DNA of 56,899 nucleotides, filler included, from Jimgerdemannia flammicorona (lineage: Eukaryota): NCBI GenBank assembly GCA_003990765.1. It is 3 parts of 3 records of this genome, joined end to end, with 100 filler letters (N's around TTAATTAATTAA, not from the genome) between each part and the next. Parts side by side here need not be neighbours in the genome. Positions count along the whole stretch, not along the records: positions 1 to 18,903 come from RBNJ01002077.1; positions 19,004 to 37,901 come from RBNJ01002078.1; 1 more part is not named here. One strand, 5' to 3'. The notes beneath the pieces are model-generated. The model worked only from the letters and a program-made list of their open reading frames with translations, had not been told where the DNA came from and searched no databases. Below are positions 12,503 through 25,367 of this stretch, piece by piece; position 1 is the first letter of the stretch; each line of letters begins with the position of its first letter. The translations under genes were made by a program, and so were the position numbers.

Positions 12503-13049
12503 TTCATTGTCACTTTCTTCTGATTCTAGTTCTGGTCTGGATTCTGATTCAGATTCTGACTCTAATTTGCTTTCCAAACTATCACTAGAGATGGGAGTGC
12601 TTGGATATCTTGAGAATAGTGTTCTGAATCTTAGATGAAGTGGAATGAGCCTAGGTATTCTTGTAGAAGCTACTTCCAATTCTGTGAGAGCTGGTGATAA
12701 AGATTCAATAAGTGAGATTGGTGGAACTAGTATGGAGTATCTGGCTGTAAGATCTCAGGCTTGTATAATAGGATCTTCTAGTTCTTATACAAGTTCTTCA
12801 AGTTGTCCAGCAGGGCTACCTGTATTGTCTAGTTGATCTGCTTGGAGATCTCTGGCTATATTGGCTTCTGGTTCTGGTTGGAATCCTTCTGATACTGGGT
12901 AGTTAGTAAGTCTTAAGGTGATTACTTCTCTTCCTGTAGATGCTGGTGATAACTGGTTCTTCTATAGTGGCAGAGATTGGTGTTGTATCAAATGTATCCA
13001 ATTTGACTATGGGTTCTTGTGAGCTGAAAAGTCATATTGATTTGAAATC

Positions 13050-13069
13050 TTCTCAGTTAAGCTCCCAAA
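13050..13069 (-). promoter_or_regulatory. Primer-binding site of A1, tRNA-Pro-like
   Basis: Minus strand TTTGGGAGCTTAACTGAGAA follows the 5' LTR; A2 has TTTGAAGGCTCAACTGAGAA; the two combine to TGGGGGCTCAACTGAGAA, resembling the tRNA-Pro PBS TGGGGGCTCGTCCGGGA. Confidence 0.6.
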
Positions 13070-14421
13070 TATAATATGCCTGGCTCAACAGAGGCAAATT
13101 ACAAGATTGGGAATTGATGTAGTTTAGCTGAGCCCCCAGTTACTTTGTTAAAAGCAACAAAATGTTCTTAGTATTTAGTAGTATAATAGTCAAAACTGGA
13201 TATCTGTAAGTGATTTGTATCTCAATTTCCTTATTGGGATGGTTCTCTGAGTGTAGCAGTGATTTGTATATATGTAGTGTAATAATCTCCAAAAGTGTGT
13301 GATTTCTATGTAATGATCTTATGTAGTGCAGTGGATTCTTTATACAATTTCTGTATGACAATCTTGTGTAGTGTGATGATCTCCAAAAGTATGTGATTTC
13401 TGGTATGATAATCTTGGTAGACTTCTTCCCAATTTGGTGCAGATTCTCCTAAATCAGTTGATTTCTTGAATGTTATGGATTCTTCTGATTGGCTCACTGA
13501 GAATTATACTAGTAGTGAGTTCTCTGAATTGAGCTCACTGGAAACAAACTAATAACTCAGATGGCATGGATAACTTAGATATTGCAGATTCTTTCTGAAT
13601 CAATAATTTACTGAGAATAGAAGATAGTACAGATTTTTTCTAAATCAGCAGCTTATTTGGAATAATAACTAGTGGCAGATAACTTAATAATTCAGGTTCT
13701 TGGCAAAGTTACATTAAAGACTGGCTTCATTTGCATCTGTGAAGTTGTATCAAGAGACTGGTTTATAGTAAGGTTTCTTAAGGTGGGCTCTCTAAGAATG
13801 CAGATAACTTGAAAATGGTGGCAAAGTTCTTCTTTGAACTTGGGCAGCAAACTTGGCTTATCTGGCAAGTGAACTAAAAACAGACTCATTCTTTGTATTG
13901 AAAAGTAGACTGGAGTGAGAAAAGGTAAAGCTTACAATTTCCTAGCAGTAGCTGTAGAGTGGGTATTTCTCCTAAGTATTGTAATCCTTCTTAGATTAAG
14001 TGGCTTTTGGCAGATATATTCCTTGAAGTATGTATAATAGGCAGACTTGTCTTTTGCTTTGAATTTGGACTTTTCAAACTAAGGTTTATTCACTCTTATC
14101 TCTAAGGTATTTTATATATTATGGTTGCTATCTGGTTGCTATGTGGCTAACTATAGATTTGCTACTTATGGTAAGTGTGCTGGTTCAGTACAGGTGTACA
14201 GGTCTAGCACAAGTATACAGGTCCTACACAGATATACCTTATCTAGTAGTCTGGCTATTTATACAGTTTTCCATAGTAATAATTTCTGTGTCTAATTATT
14301 ATACTATATGTTCATATCATCTAGCTAAGTTACTAATTGTTTATACCATCTGGCTAAGATGCTAATTATTCATGTCATCTGGCTAAGTTATAATTTGGGT
14401 GATATATTTTGTTTTATTACA
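13070..14421 (-). repeat. 5' LTR of A1
   Basis: Aligns with 4256-5532; terminal TG decayed to TA (TATAATATGCC vs TGTAATGTGCC). Confidence 0.92.
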
Positions 14422-14929
14422 ATATTATAGATAATCAGAACTAACTATTGGCTCTAAGTTCTAAGTGCTAAGTTTCAATTATTTATAGTAATAGTATAGT
14501 CTAAGTATTACTTTTAAATTCTTATACTGATAGTTGTGCCATACTTATATTCTAAGTTGATCAGACTCAGAATTATTAATAAGTTAGATCTGAGAGTTCT
14601 GTAATAAAAATACTACTTTATTTTTACATTTAAGAAAAGTAGGGCTGAGGTTATAATATACTCAGTATAGAGAGTATTTATATAAATTTAAAGCTATAAC
14701 TAATATAGTATATTGGTTATATCTATATATAATTATACTATATTTAGTATCTATAACTACTAGTTGAAAATTTTATAGAAATTTCTATAGAAATTTTCAT
14801 TAGAAATTCTAATAGCTTATAAACATACAATAAGTCATTAAATCCTACTCTTCTTTATCTAAATCTACTCATTGGATTTAGTACTAAACTCTAGATATTT
14901 ATTAAACTGAAGAGCAGTATACTAGACTA

Positions 14930-15275
14930 CTTAAAAAAAAATATTACTTTATTATTCATCATTCAAATTAACAAAGTTCTCATGAGATACTCTATTGAGA
15001 TAATGAGAACTTAGGGTTGAGTATAAAAAAGGACATAAAGTCTTTTAGTAACAATATAAGTATAGTTGTTAATAAAAAGATAGACTTATTACTTAGTACT
15101 ACTGAGAGTAGCTTGTTGATAGCAGAAGATCTAAAAATATTAGATTCTTTTAAGATATTATTAGGCTTTATTTGGGTTAGGGTCTCTAGAGATTTATATA
15201 TTAATAGAAGGTAGTTCTATAAAATTCTATTAGTATTCAATAGCTATAAAGATAGTAGCAGTAATCTTATTCTTG
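14930..15275 (-). pseudogene. Family F 3' accessory ORF (heavily decayed)
   Basis: NKITATIFIAIEY**NFIELPSI...YIVTKRLYVLFYTQP*VL then (frameshift) YLNRVSHENFVNL; N-terminus aligns with family D ITSTI**AIERQWCF. Confidence 0.5.
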
Positions 15276-15399
15276 GTTTGTTCTTAGTGTTTTTACTAAT
15301 TACTTATATTGTAATAGAGTTATTTATACTTCTCTTTATTAAAGGTATTTAGAAATATATCTGTCTTTCAGAAATTCTATCAGAATTTTCATTATACTA

Positions 15400-16443
15400 G
15401 ATATCTGTATTAGATTACTACTTTTTTAATATTTGGTAAAAGATTATCTTCTTTTTTCCAAATAGTATCATATTTAGAATATCTTTTCATTTCACAAAAT
15501 AATACATATCTGGTAGACTTAGCAGCTCATCCAAATTAGTAGTCTTTGTGATCCAGAATATAGTTGACTTTATATTCTGGTTTTTGATTAATAATAATCA
15601 GATCTAGAGGTAATACTATTCTTTCTTTAAAGGTGTTTTCAGTATATAACTTGAGTTAGAATATATAAAACACTGGGTAGATTTTTCTAGAGTTACTGAG
15701 AGATCCAACTTATATATAATAGAACTATACTTCTTAAAGATCTTAAATAGTCCAATATAGCAGAATTTAAGTTTCTTCTTTAGTCCTATATTTTCTAAGA
15801 TCAGGTATTATATACTGAGTAATGTCTAGTTATATTTTATATATATATATAACTTCACTTCTATTTTTATCAATATATACTACTAGTATTCTTTATATTT
15901 TTATATATGTATTATATGCTTAGTAGATAATATTTTATATAATATTAGCAACTTTTTATACTACTGATACTATTACTCATATAATAGTTGTAGAGATTTG
16001 GAAGTATTACCTATAGTTTAGATAGAATGGAGTTATTTTCATACTTATACTTATACTATTATTATATATAAATTTGGCTAGAGACAGTTTTTTATCTCAA
16101 TTATTCTACTTATAGCTACAGTGGATATTAAGTATCTCTTCAGAGTTCAATTGATTTATTCAATTTAGCTATCTATCTATAAGTAATAGGTAATAGACAT
16201 TTCGAGTTATACTTCTATATCTCTTAGGCTATAATATAGGCAAATTTGTATGCCAAAATATATAGCCTATTAGATATAGTTCTTTGAAGAGTACTTACTA
16301 GAAATTACTTGTAAATTTCATATCTCTATTAGAGATAATTACTAATAGTAATCTATAGAAGTAGAATATATTGTCAATAAACAATTATATTATTTCTGAA
16401 GCTATTACAGTAGTGATTATTACAACAAAATGAGCCATCTTTC
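15400..16443 (-). pseudogene. pol: Chromovirus-type family F integrase and chromodomain remnant
   Basis: KMAHFV..LFIDNIF..IISNRDMKFTSNF (integrase core), KLKFCYIGLFKI (GPY/F-like), EYKVNYILDHK..FVK*KRYSKYDTIW (chromodomain); interrupted at 16444 by LINE L2. Confidence 0.7.
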
Positions 16444-18903
16444 ACTGATACCATTTGAGTGACACAAGACTCAGACAATACTTTTTACAATGTTTTTAGT
16501 GATCAACAACTATGGATGTGGATGGTAATGATCGTACTGATGAGTGTGCTGACCAGGGGGGCAGTGGGGCTTTTGGCTAGCAATAGATGAGGAGGAGGGG
16601 AGATGATTTGGGAATGCCAGTGGCCTCGATGGCAGGCTGAGGGTACTAGTGGTGGAGGGAGGGGCAGCCTGAGGCAATGAGGAGGGGAGAGGTCAACCTT
16701 TGCTGACAAGATCAAGATGGGAAGAATGGTCTCTGGTCTGGATGATTGGCTGGGCCTGGGAAAGGTATTGATGGCTGCTGCTAGAGGATAGAGAGGAGTG
16801 TCTAGAGGAGTGTCTGGTGGTAGGGAGGGGGGGGGAGTAGGGGCTGGAGATGTGACTGCTGATGGGGCTGTGACTGGGGGTCTAGAAAAAAATCCAGATG
16901 TGATGGCAGTTGATGGTTCAGGATAGGGGGTGGGCATGAGGCCTGGGGATCTGATGGATGGGGTGATGGGCATAGTGTTGGTGCTATTACTCAAGAAATC
17001 CAGGTCAGAATTCGCCATCACAATGTGTTTCAGGGGCTTAATAGTAACTGTGAGGATGATCTTGAGGCTGGTGGTGTAGGAGGTGAAAGGTGTGGTGTTG
17101 GTGAAGTTTTTGAAAGAGAAAGAAGGGGTCAAGGTGGGGTTTGAGGAGGAGAAAGCATTACTGGCAGCTATGGAGAAAGGGGTTACAGTGGGTGGGGTTG
17201 TGGTCTTTATAGCCAAGTATATGTGCTAGGACCCCTAAGTGGTATAGTTGACAGTGCTGAATCTTTCTACAGTATCAAGGGAGAGGGCCAGGGAGCTGAT
17301 TGTGGGGGCAGTCAAGGAGTATGGCAAGATTGTGGATATCGGGTTCAAGGTCTGGGAGGGTACAGAGCTCCAGACTGGTGATGTCAACATTCAGGTGAGG
17401 CTGGCTGGAAAGGAGAACACAGAGAAGATGAGGGATTGGCCAGTGACCCTGAAGTGAGAACAAGTGAAGTGTAAGGTCATGCAGGTAAAGGGGACTCAGG
17501 AAGAGGAGGAAGATTTGCTTGAGGCTCTGGAGAATCTGGCAGGTGTGGTTGAGAGGAGGAGATTGGCTTGGAAGGAGTATGAAGCCAAGACAGTGATGGA
17601 AGTAGTTGATGGGAAGAGGATCAGAATGGATTGGGGGACCTGGGAGAAGATGCAGGGGAGGAGAATCCAGAAGGAGCTGCTGGTGAAGTTGGGCAGCAGT
17701 GGGGCTGGCAGCAGTGAAGGAGATGGGAGAGCAGGATTACATGCAAGTACCTGGGCAGGGGAACATGGGACAGCCCAAGGTGGGGCCCAGGATGGACTGA
17801 GAGAGGAGAGAGAGGGTGGTGTGGAGGTAGATATAGAAATGAGCAAAGGGGTTCACTCTTTATATAGTGTCCTGAGTGGGGCAGAGGGTGAGAAGGAGTT
17901 GCTGGATATATCAGATGAGGAGTGAGATGAGTCAGTAAGGAGGAGTGCTTTGATAGACCCAGAGGTGGGGGGTAGTTGGGTCACTCAGGGTATGGTGGAG
18001 GCAGTGGATGAGGAGAAGTAGCTGTGGAAGACTCTGAAAGGGGTGGCAGTAGAGAAGCTGGGGAGAGAGGACTTCCAGATTATGGAAGAGAGGTATTGGG
18101 AGGAAATCCTTCATAGTGAGAAGGTGTCACAAAAGATGAGGAATGAGATCCTAATAGTCCTCTTGGAATCAGTTGAATACCAGATCAATGATCAGAGAGA
18201 GGAGGAACTTAGGGGGATTGTGAATAATTGGGCAGCTTACTTGTAGGGCTTGAGGAAGGGATTATAGAAGTGGAAAGTAGTCTGCACAGACTATTGGCCA
18301 GAGATGGAGGTGGTGGATAGGGTGGAATATCAAGAAATCTTGGTGACATTGGATGCTCAGACTGTTGTAGAGGAGGACTTGGAAGCAAAGTAGTGCTTGG
18401 ATCTGGCTAGGGATGAGATGAGCATGGAATACTAGACTGGGGTCTCAAATCCAAATATTATTCAATATGAACAGTATAACTAAAATATTCTCTTTGAATG
18501 TGAATGGGTTATGGGGGGTGACTAGGAGGAAGTACATATTTGGATAGCTAAAGGGACTAGAGGTGGATCTCTTTTTATTGCAGGATGTCTCTTATGAGGT
18601 GGATGTGGACTTATAGGATTGGACTAAGAAATGGGGGGGGGGCTGTGGTGTGGATGGGGAGGGTGGGTATCTTAGTTCAAAAGGGGATGGGGGACATTAG
18701 AGACATTAGACATTGGAGGTCTCGGTTGATGTGAGGAGTATGGAAGAGGCCTGGATGGAGCCCTTTAACAGTTGGGTCATATTATTGCCTGGCAGAGAGA
18801 GGGGAACAGGTGGATTGGATTCAAAGTTTGAAAGTGGCCAGTGTCTTGGGGGAGGTTGGATTTGACTATCTGGGGGGTGACTTCAACATGGTACAGGACT
18901 AAA
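16444..18903 (+). mobile_element. LINE copy L2: 5' UTR, ORF1 (about 16512-18440) and start of ORF2 endonuclease (ATG 18467), cut by contig end
   Basis: 5' UTR GACACAAGACTCAGACAATAC shared with L3/L4; ORF1 YGKIVDIGFKVWEGT; ORF2 MNSITKIFSLNVNGL, LFLLQDV, GGDFNMV. Confidence 0.88.
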
Positions 18904-19003
18904 NNNNNNNNNNNNNNNNNNNNNNNNNNNNNNNNNNNNNNNNNNNNTTAATTAATTAANNNNNNNNNNNNNNNNNNNNNNNNNNNNNNNNNNNNNNNNN
19001 NNN
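18904..19003. other. Artificial contig spacer (N44-TTAATTAATTAA-N44)
   Basis: 100 bp, six-frame stop linker at 18948-18959. Confidence 0.97.
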
Positions 19004-21520
19004 GGTTACTGGCAAATTGCCATGAAAGAAGAAGACATCTACAAGACAGCTTTCCAAACTCGCTATGGACACTTCGAGTTCCTGGTTATGCCCTTTGGCT
19101 TAACTAATGCTCCAGCAACCTTCCAGATACTGATGAATACCATTCTGCATCCATACCCAGACAAATTTGTTGTTGTCTACATTGACGACATCCTAGTCTT
19201 CAGCAAAACCCTGGAGGAACATCTTGAACACCTTGAACTAGTACTACTGAAACTCCAAGAAAACAGACTCTTTGCAAAACTCAGCAAGTGCGAATTTCTT
19301 CTGAAAGAAATTCAATTCCTTGGATACATTGTCACACCAAATGGAATCAAAGTGGACCCCAGCAAAATCTCTACAATCAAAGATTGGCCCACACCCAAGA
19401 AGCTGAAAGACCTCCAGTCATTCCTGGGATTAGCAAACTATTACAGATGATTTGTTGCCAACTTTGCTAAAATCGCTACCGCCCTCACACAAATGACCAA
19501 GCACAGCAAGAAACAAGAACAACCTTGGACCATGAAACAAGAGAAAGACTTCAACAATCTTGTAAATTGGGGACCTGAACAAGATACTGCCTTCCAAGTA
19601 CTGAAAGATGCTCTGATAACCACACCAGTACTTCAAGCGGCAAACCCTGCCCTACTATATGAAGTCACCACTGACGCCTCTGACCTAGCTCTTGGAGCAG
19701 TGCTCATGCAAGAAGAACACCCTGTGGCCTATCACTCCCGCAAGTTCAATGATGCCGAAATCAACTATGCAATTCACAAGAAGGAAATGCTAGCCATCAT
19801 AGACACCCTGATCAAATGGCGACCATACCTAGAAGGAGCACACTTCACTGTATTAACTGACCACAAGTCACTAGTCAACATCAAGACCCAGGCTACCCTT
19901 TCTCGAAAGTAAGCTAGATGTATGAAAGTACTCACCAATTTTGACTATGAAATCCAGTACCACCCTGGCAAGGAAAATATTGTTGCCGATGCAATCTCCA
20001 GACCACCAACTGAAGAGGTTATCCAAACTCTGACCTTGGTTACCAACACTATCATGGAACAAATTATCGCAGCATGTGCTGATAATAAAGAAGCTCAAAC
20101 ACTCTGAGAAATCCTGAACAGTGATGATGCTGATAAGCATACCTGGTACAATCAATACCAACTCAAGGACAATGCTATCTACTACAAGGACAGACTGTAT
20201 GTCCCAAACAACCGAGACCTCCGAAGGACTATCTTATTCGAATGTCATGATGCCCCTATAGCTGGACATTTAGGATTTGATAAATGTTATGAAGTTATCT
20301 CCCGAAACTTCTATTGGCCCCACATGGCAGATCAGCTCAAAACCTACATCACTTCCTGTGATGCCTGCCAACGAAACAAGTCCTCAACACTAGCAAAACC
20401 CTGCTTACTTCACCCTATTCCAGTACCATCCGCGAATTGGGAACAAATCTCTATGGACTTCATTGTACAACTACCCCAAACCAAGAATGGGAAAGATGCA
20501 ATTGTTGTCTTTGTGGACTATCTCAGCAAACAAGCCCACTTTGTGCCTACTACCACTACTGCAACAGCACCAGACATAGCCATACTCTTGTTTGATAACA
20601 TCTTCCGCTATCATGGTCTTCCCAAGATCATTGTTAGTGACTGAGATCTGAAATTCACCAGCCACTTTTGGAAAGCCCTCCATGCATACCTTGGAACGAA
20701 ACTTGCACTATTCACAGCCTTTCACCCTGAAACTGATGGCCAAACTGAAAGAATGAACTGAACTCTGGAACAAATGCTAAGGAACTATGTTTCCTACAGA
20801 CAAGATGATTGGCATGAACACCTCACTGCAGTCGAGTTTGCCTACAACAACAGCAAGCAAGCCTCTCTTGGAATGACCCCATTCTTCGCTAATACTGGAC
20901 AAAACCCAAACACCCCTCTGACACTTATCCGAACTACCGATAAACCCTCCACAGTCGAAGCTGTTGAAGAATTCCTACTTTGAATGTGCAATCTAAGTCA
21001 GATCGCAATTGAGAATTTATCACGAGCTCAAGAACAACAGTCACAGTATGTTAACCAACACTGCTGAGAAGAAACTTTTGATATTGGAGAAAAAGTCCTA
21101 CTGGACATCAGAGGATACCGAGTTGACAACCTCAAGCACAGACCATCTACAAAGCTGAACAGCAAGTTCATTGAACTATTTGAAGTCATTGCACAAGTCT
21201 CTCCAACCTCCTACAAACTGGTGCTACCAGACACCATTAAGATTCACCCAGTCTTTAATGTTCAACATCTCAAGTGATACAATGACAATGATGACGAGCT
21301 ATTTCCAAACCGAACCACCAAACCACCTGCACCTGTCATCATTAATGATCAAGAAGAATACGAAGTTGAACAAATCCTCAACAAACATGGTAACAAGAAC
21401 CATCCTGAGTACCTTGTCAAATGGAAAGGTTACCTGACCCATGATGCAACCTGGGAACCCAAGACCAATCTCCAGCATGCTACTGACCTAGTTCAGGAAT
21501 ATGATTCCTTGAACAACTAG
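19004..21520 (+). pseudogene. pol: B1 pol: RT, RNase H, integrase, chromodomain
   Basis: [62 protein letters not shown]; internal stops mostly TGA (from CGA). Confidence 0.95.
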
Positions 21521-21938
21521 AACCAAATACTCTCCACCTATCCATACATATTATCCTCCTGAACATTATAACTAACACGAACTAAGTCAAGAACTCAGCA
21601 AAACAAGACAAGAATACCGAATCCCTGGAAAAATAGCAAAACTGAAAGCAAGCCTATTCTCCCTGTACCACTGGTGGGAAACAAGACATAGACATTTAAG
21701 AAGATTCCTTAGAGGAAATTCTCCAGCAGTAAATGATGTCAGAATCACTTTCGGCATATGGCATTGAATACACGACCCTTTAACGTGTGAATCCAACGCG
21801 TTAGGCAACTGTACTATGAGCATACCACTTTCTGAAAAAATGGACCTTACCAGACTTTTGACCTTCCAAACGGTGTAATGGCACCAGAACAAATTAGAAG
21901 GCCCCGACAAGGATGTCAAAAGCTAAAAAAGGGAGAGT

Positions 21939-23962
21939 TGTAAGCGCACAACCTCCAAGCCGCCAAAATTACACATGACCTCCGAACAAATCTGGAAATC
22001 ACCTGCTTGATCACGAAGCTGAGTCAAACTGAAGTCACAGCGCACAAAGCTGAGTCAATACGAAGTCATAGAACACAAGATCTATACAAACAGAACCTTA
22101 CCAATCAGGACCAAATGCATATATACTGAGCACCAAGACATGTCAAATCAGAGAACCAAAACAAACAACAACCACAACTTCCAAACACACAAACATGATC
22201 ACTGAAATCTATAACCGCATCCGCGCTGACATTTGGAATGCCATTGTCAACCGAGCCACACCCCCTCTGCCCCTCATGAATATCCATAGCCTGGCACCTC
22301 TCTACTTCATGGAAGCCCAATGGAACGCCCTGAACATACTTAACGAGGCCCACTGGATCGGACAAATATCAAGCTACTACCAGATCGGCCGCCTCTTGGA
22401 AGACATGGTCGAACACCACCACAATACAGACATTACCCAGATGTCTCAACACCAGAAGCTCATCACCCGCAAACATTGAGAACTCTTCTATGAGTACAAC
22501 ACCTTTATTCCCCGCCTCTGAGTCACTACCAGTGAAATGGTTGCTACCCTGTCCTATGGCCAAATCGATGACATAATACAAGAACTCAACCACAAGTATC
22601 TCGAATACATCGAGACCACAGACAGAACCTTCCCACACCCTGATGACCATATCCTGCAAATGCCTCAAGTTGGATATGCCATGAAGGACGTCTACGATAT
22701 AATCCACTTTGACAAAGATGAAGTAGAAGACAATGATCCCTCCGACACCGACATGACCTCAAGCCAAGGATCTCTGCCAACCCTGATCACTCCGCCAACC
22801 TTGCTGATGAACCTACAACAGTTCATAACTACATACGAAACTTATTAGAACAATGACCACTGGCACGAATACCAACCCGCGTTCACTCCTGATTACTTCA
22901 ATTACAATGAAGAGACCGGAGAACACAACCTGTACCTTCAGACAACTCTCGAGATCGAACCAACCACTCTACCACCCGAGTACAAGTGACATGAACCACA
23001 GCCACCAGCATACTATAATCCTGCAACTCATAGTGCTGTAACCTATAGAAGGTATGCAGACAGCGAATCCGATGAAAGCAAAGACAATACACCCATTCTT
23101 CACCCACCAATACCTTATCCAGCATATGAAACAGATGATGCTATCCTGTGGGATGGAGATGAAGTCCCAATGTATTACTACCTCAGCCAACAAGGAGAAG
23201 TAATCCATGAACCACTCTTCCTAGATGACCACTTCATCAGAGATGATGCAATCAATGGTGATGTCATCGAAGACTAGTGCCTAAACCTATAAATAGTCTA
23301 GCAGTCATAGTATAGATAGATTAACCTTGTATGACATGACTGTGAACTGACTCAGCAGTCAGATGATCTCTTGACATATCAGATCACACTTGTACTACGT
23401 GACTGCATTCCGACTCAGCAAGGTACTTAGTGCTACATCCATATTTAGCATAGTCCAGATAGCCCCTCACTAGTATAAATACCCCCTCCCCCAGACCTCA
23501 GAATCTCAGACTGGAACAATCCAAACACAACTCTTGAGCACTTTCCCACAATACCCCTTCATACAAATACTCCTAGTATAGCAATATCATGAATAGCAAA
23601 TAAACCTATTCCATAACCCATAAACCACTCTTAAGTAAATCAGCTCCCTGTTAGGTCCTACTCCTAACCCTGTCACGAAATTTCCTAATTGGGTATTGTC
23701 TGCAGCGATACACCAATTAAACTAAGCCGGTCTTAGTTTTTTGAACTTCCTGAAATACGGAAAATCCTGAACATCTAGAACTAGTCTGAAAAAGGACTTT
23801 GGTTGAGACATCAACCCAATCTTGAAATCAATAAGCGTAGAGGATGTACTCCATATGAAATTGATCTTGACTATAAGAAAACAGTCTTCCAGAACATCCA
23901 GAATATCCAGAAAACCCTTCTAGAACTACGTAACGATTACCCTAAAAAGTAACCCTCTTACA
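21939..23962 (+). repeat. Family B LTR (2024 bp) containing a long ORF
   Basis: TGTAAG/CTTACA inverted ends; aligns with 24688-26753 and 33061-35121 (reverse); TATAAATA near 23474, AATAAA near 23598. Confidence 0.93.
22195..23277 (+). pseudogene. LTR-embedded (U3) accessory ORF of family B, about 360 codons, unknown function
   Basis: ORF pieces 22195-22479 and 22537-22848 and their continuation to TAG 23275-23277 are one frame; internal stops differ in position among the three LTR copies. Confidence 0.8.
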
Positions 23963-24356
23963 CTCCTAGTATAGCAATATCATGAATAGCGAATAAACCT
24001 ATTCAAATAACCCACAAACCACTCTTAAGTAAAGCTATTCCCCATTAGGTCCCACTCCTAACCCCATTATGAGATTTCCTAATTGGGTATTATCTACAGC
24101 AATACACCGATTCAATTAAGCTGGTCTTAGTTTCTTGAACTTCCTGAAATATGGAAACTCCTGACCATCCAGAACTAGTCCGAAAAGGGACTTTGGTTGA
24201 GACGTCAATCCAATCTTGAAATCAATAAGCGTAGAGGATGTACTCTATATGAAATTGATCTTGACCATAAGAAAACAGTCTTCCAGAACATCTAGAACTT
24301 CTAGAAAACTCTTCCAGAACTACATAATGGTTATCTTAAAAAGTAACCCTTTTATA
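23963..24356 (+). repeat. 3' about 390 bp of an older family-B LTR (target of B1 insertion)
   Basis: Repeats 23569-23962 with extra transitions; ends CCCTTTTATA (decayed CCCTCTTACA). Confidence 0.8.
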
Positions 24357-25367
24357 GTTATATAGTTTTGAAAGAGCTTTCTGGAAATTCTAAATATTCT
24401 GAAAGATTGTTTTCTTTAGGTCAAGATCAATTTTGTATAGAGTATGTTCTTTATACTTATTAATTTCTAGATCTGATTGATGTTTCAACCAAAGTTCTTT
24501 TTTGGACTAGTTCTGAATGTTCAGGATTTTTCATATTTCAGAAAGTTCAAAAAACTAAGGCCAGCTTAGTTGAATTGATATATCACTGCAGATAATACCT
24601 AATTAGGAAATTTCATAATATAGTTAGAAGTGAGACCTAATGGAGTGTGGATTTATTTAAAAGTGATTTGTGAGTTATTAAATAGGTTGTAAGAGGGTCA
24701 CTTTTTAGAGTAACCATTACGTAGTTCTGGAAAGGTTTTTTGGATATTCTGGATATTCTGGAAGACCATTTTCTTATGGTCAAGATCAATTTCATATAGA
24801 GTACGTCCTCTATGCTTATTGATTTCAAGATTGGGTTGATGTCTCAACCAAAGTCCTTTTTTGGACTAGTTCTGGATGTTCAGGATTTTCCGTATTTTAG
24901 GAAGTTCAAGAAACTAAGACCAGCTTAGTTGAATTGGTGTATCGCTGCAGACAATACCCAATTAGAAAATTTCGTGACAGGGTTAGGAGTGGGACCTAAC
25001 AGAGAGTGAATTTACTTAAGAGTGGTTTGTGGGTTATGGAATAGGTTTATTTGCTATTCATGATATTGCTATATGTACTAGGAGTATTTGTGTGAAGGGA
25101 TATTGTGGAGAAGTATTCAGGAATGTTCTTGTGTATTCGAGTCTGAGATTCTGAGGTCTGGGGGAGGGGGTATTTATACTAGTGAGGGGCTATCTGGACT
25201 ATACTAGATATGGATGTAGCACTAAGTGCCTTGCTGAGTTGGAATGCAGTCACATAGTACAAGTGTGATCTGACATGTCAAGAGATCGTCTGACTGCTGA
25301 GTCAGTTCACAGTTACGTCGTACAATGCTAATCTAACTATACTATGACTGCTAGGCTATTTATGGGT

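Larger units (their letters stand above)
4256..14421 (-). mobile_element. Full-length Ty3/Gypsy LTR retrotransposon A1 (gag-PR-Cys cluster-dUTPase-RT-RH-IN plus 3' accessory ORF), decayed
   Basis: Direct-repeat LTRs 4256-5532 and 13070-14421; 4-bp TSD ATAT at 4252-4255 and 14422-14425; PPT next to 5533; PBS next to 13069; RT-RH-IN domain order. Confidence 0.93.
19004..23962 (+). mobile_element. Chromovirus family B copy B1 (3' half: RT-RH-IN-chromodomain and 3' LTR)
   Basis: pol in one frame to TAG at 21518-21520; PPT AAAAAAGGGAGAG before 21939; LTR 21939-23962 with TGTAAG...CTTACA termini. Confidence 0.93.

Noticed and set aside
22195..23277. Accessory ORFs as env genes
   Set aside because: No signal peptide, transmembrane helix or furin/fusion-peptide pattern visible
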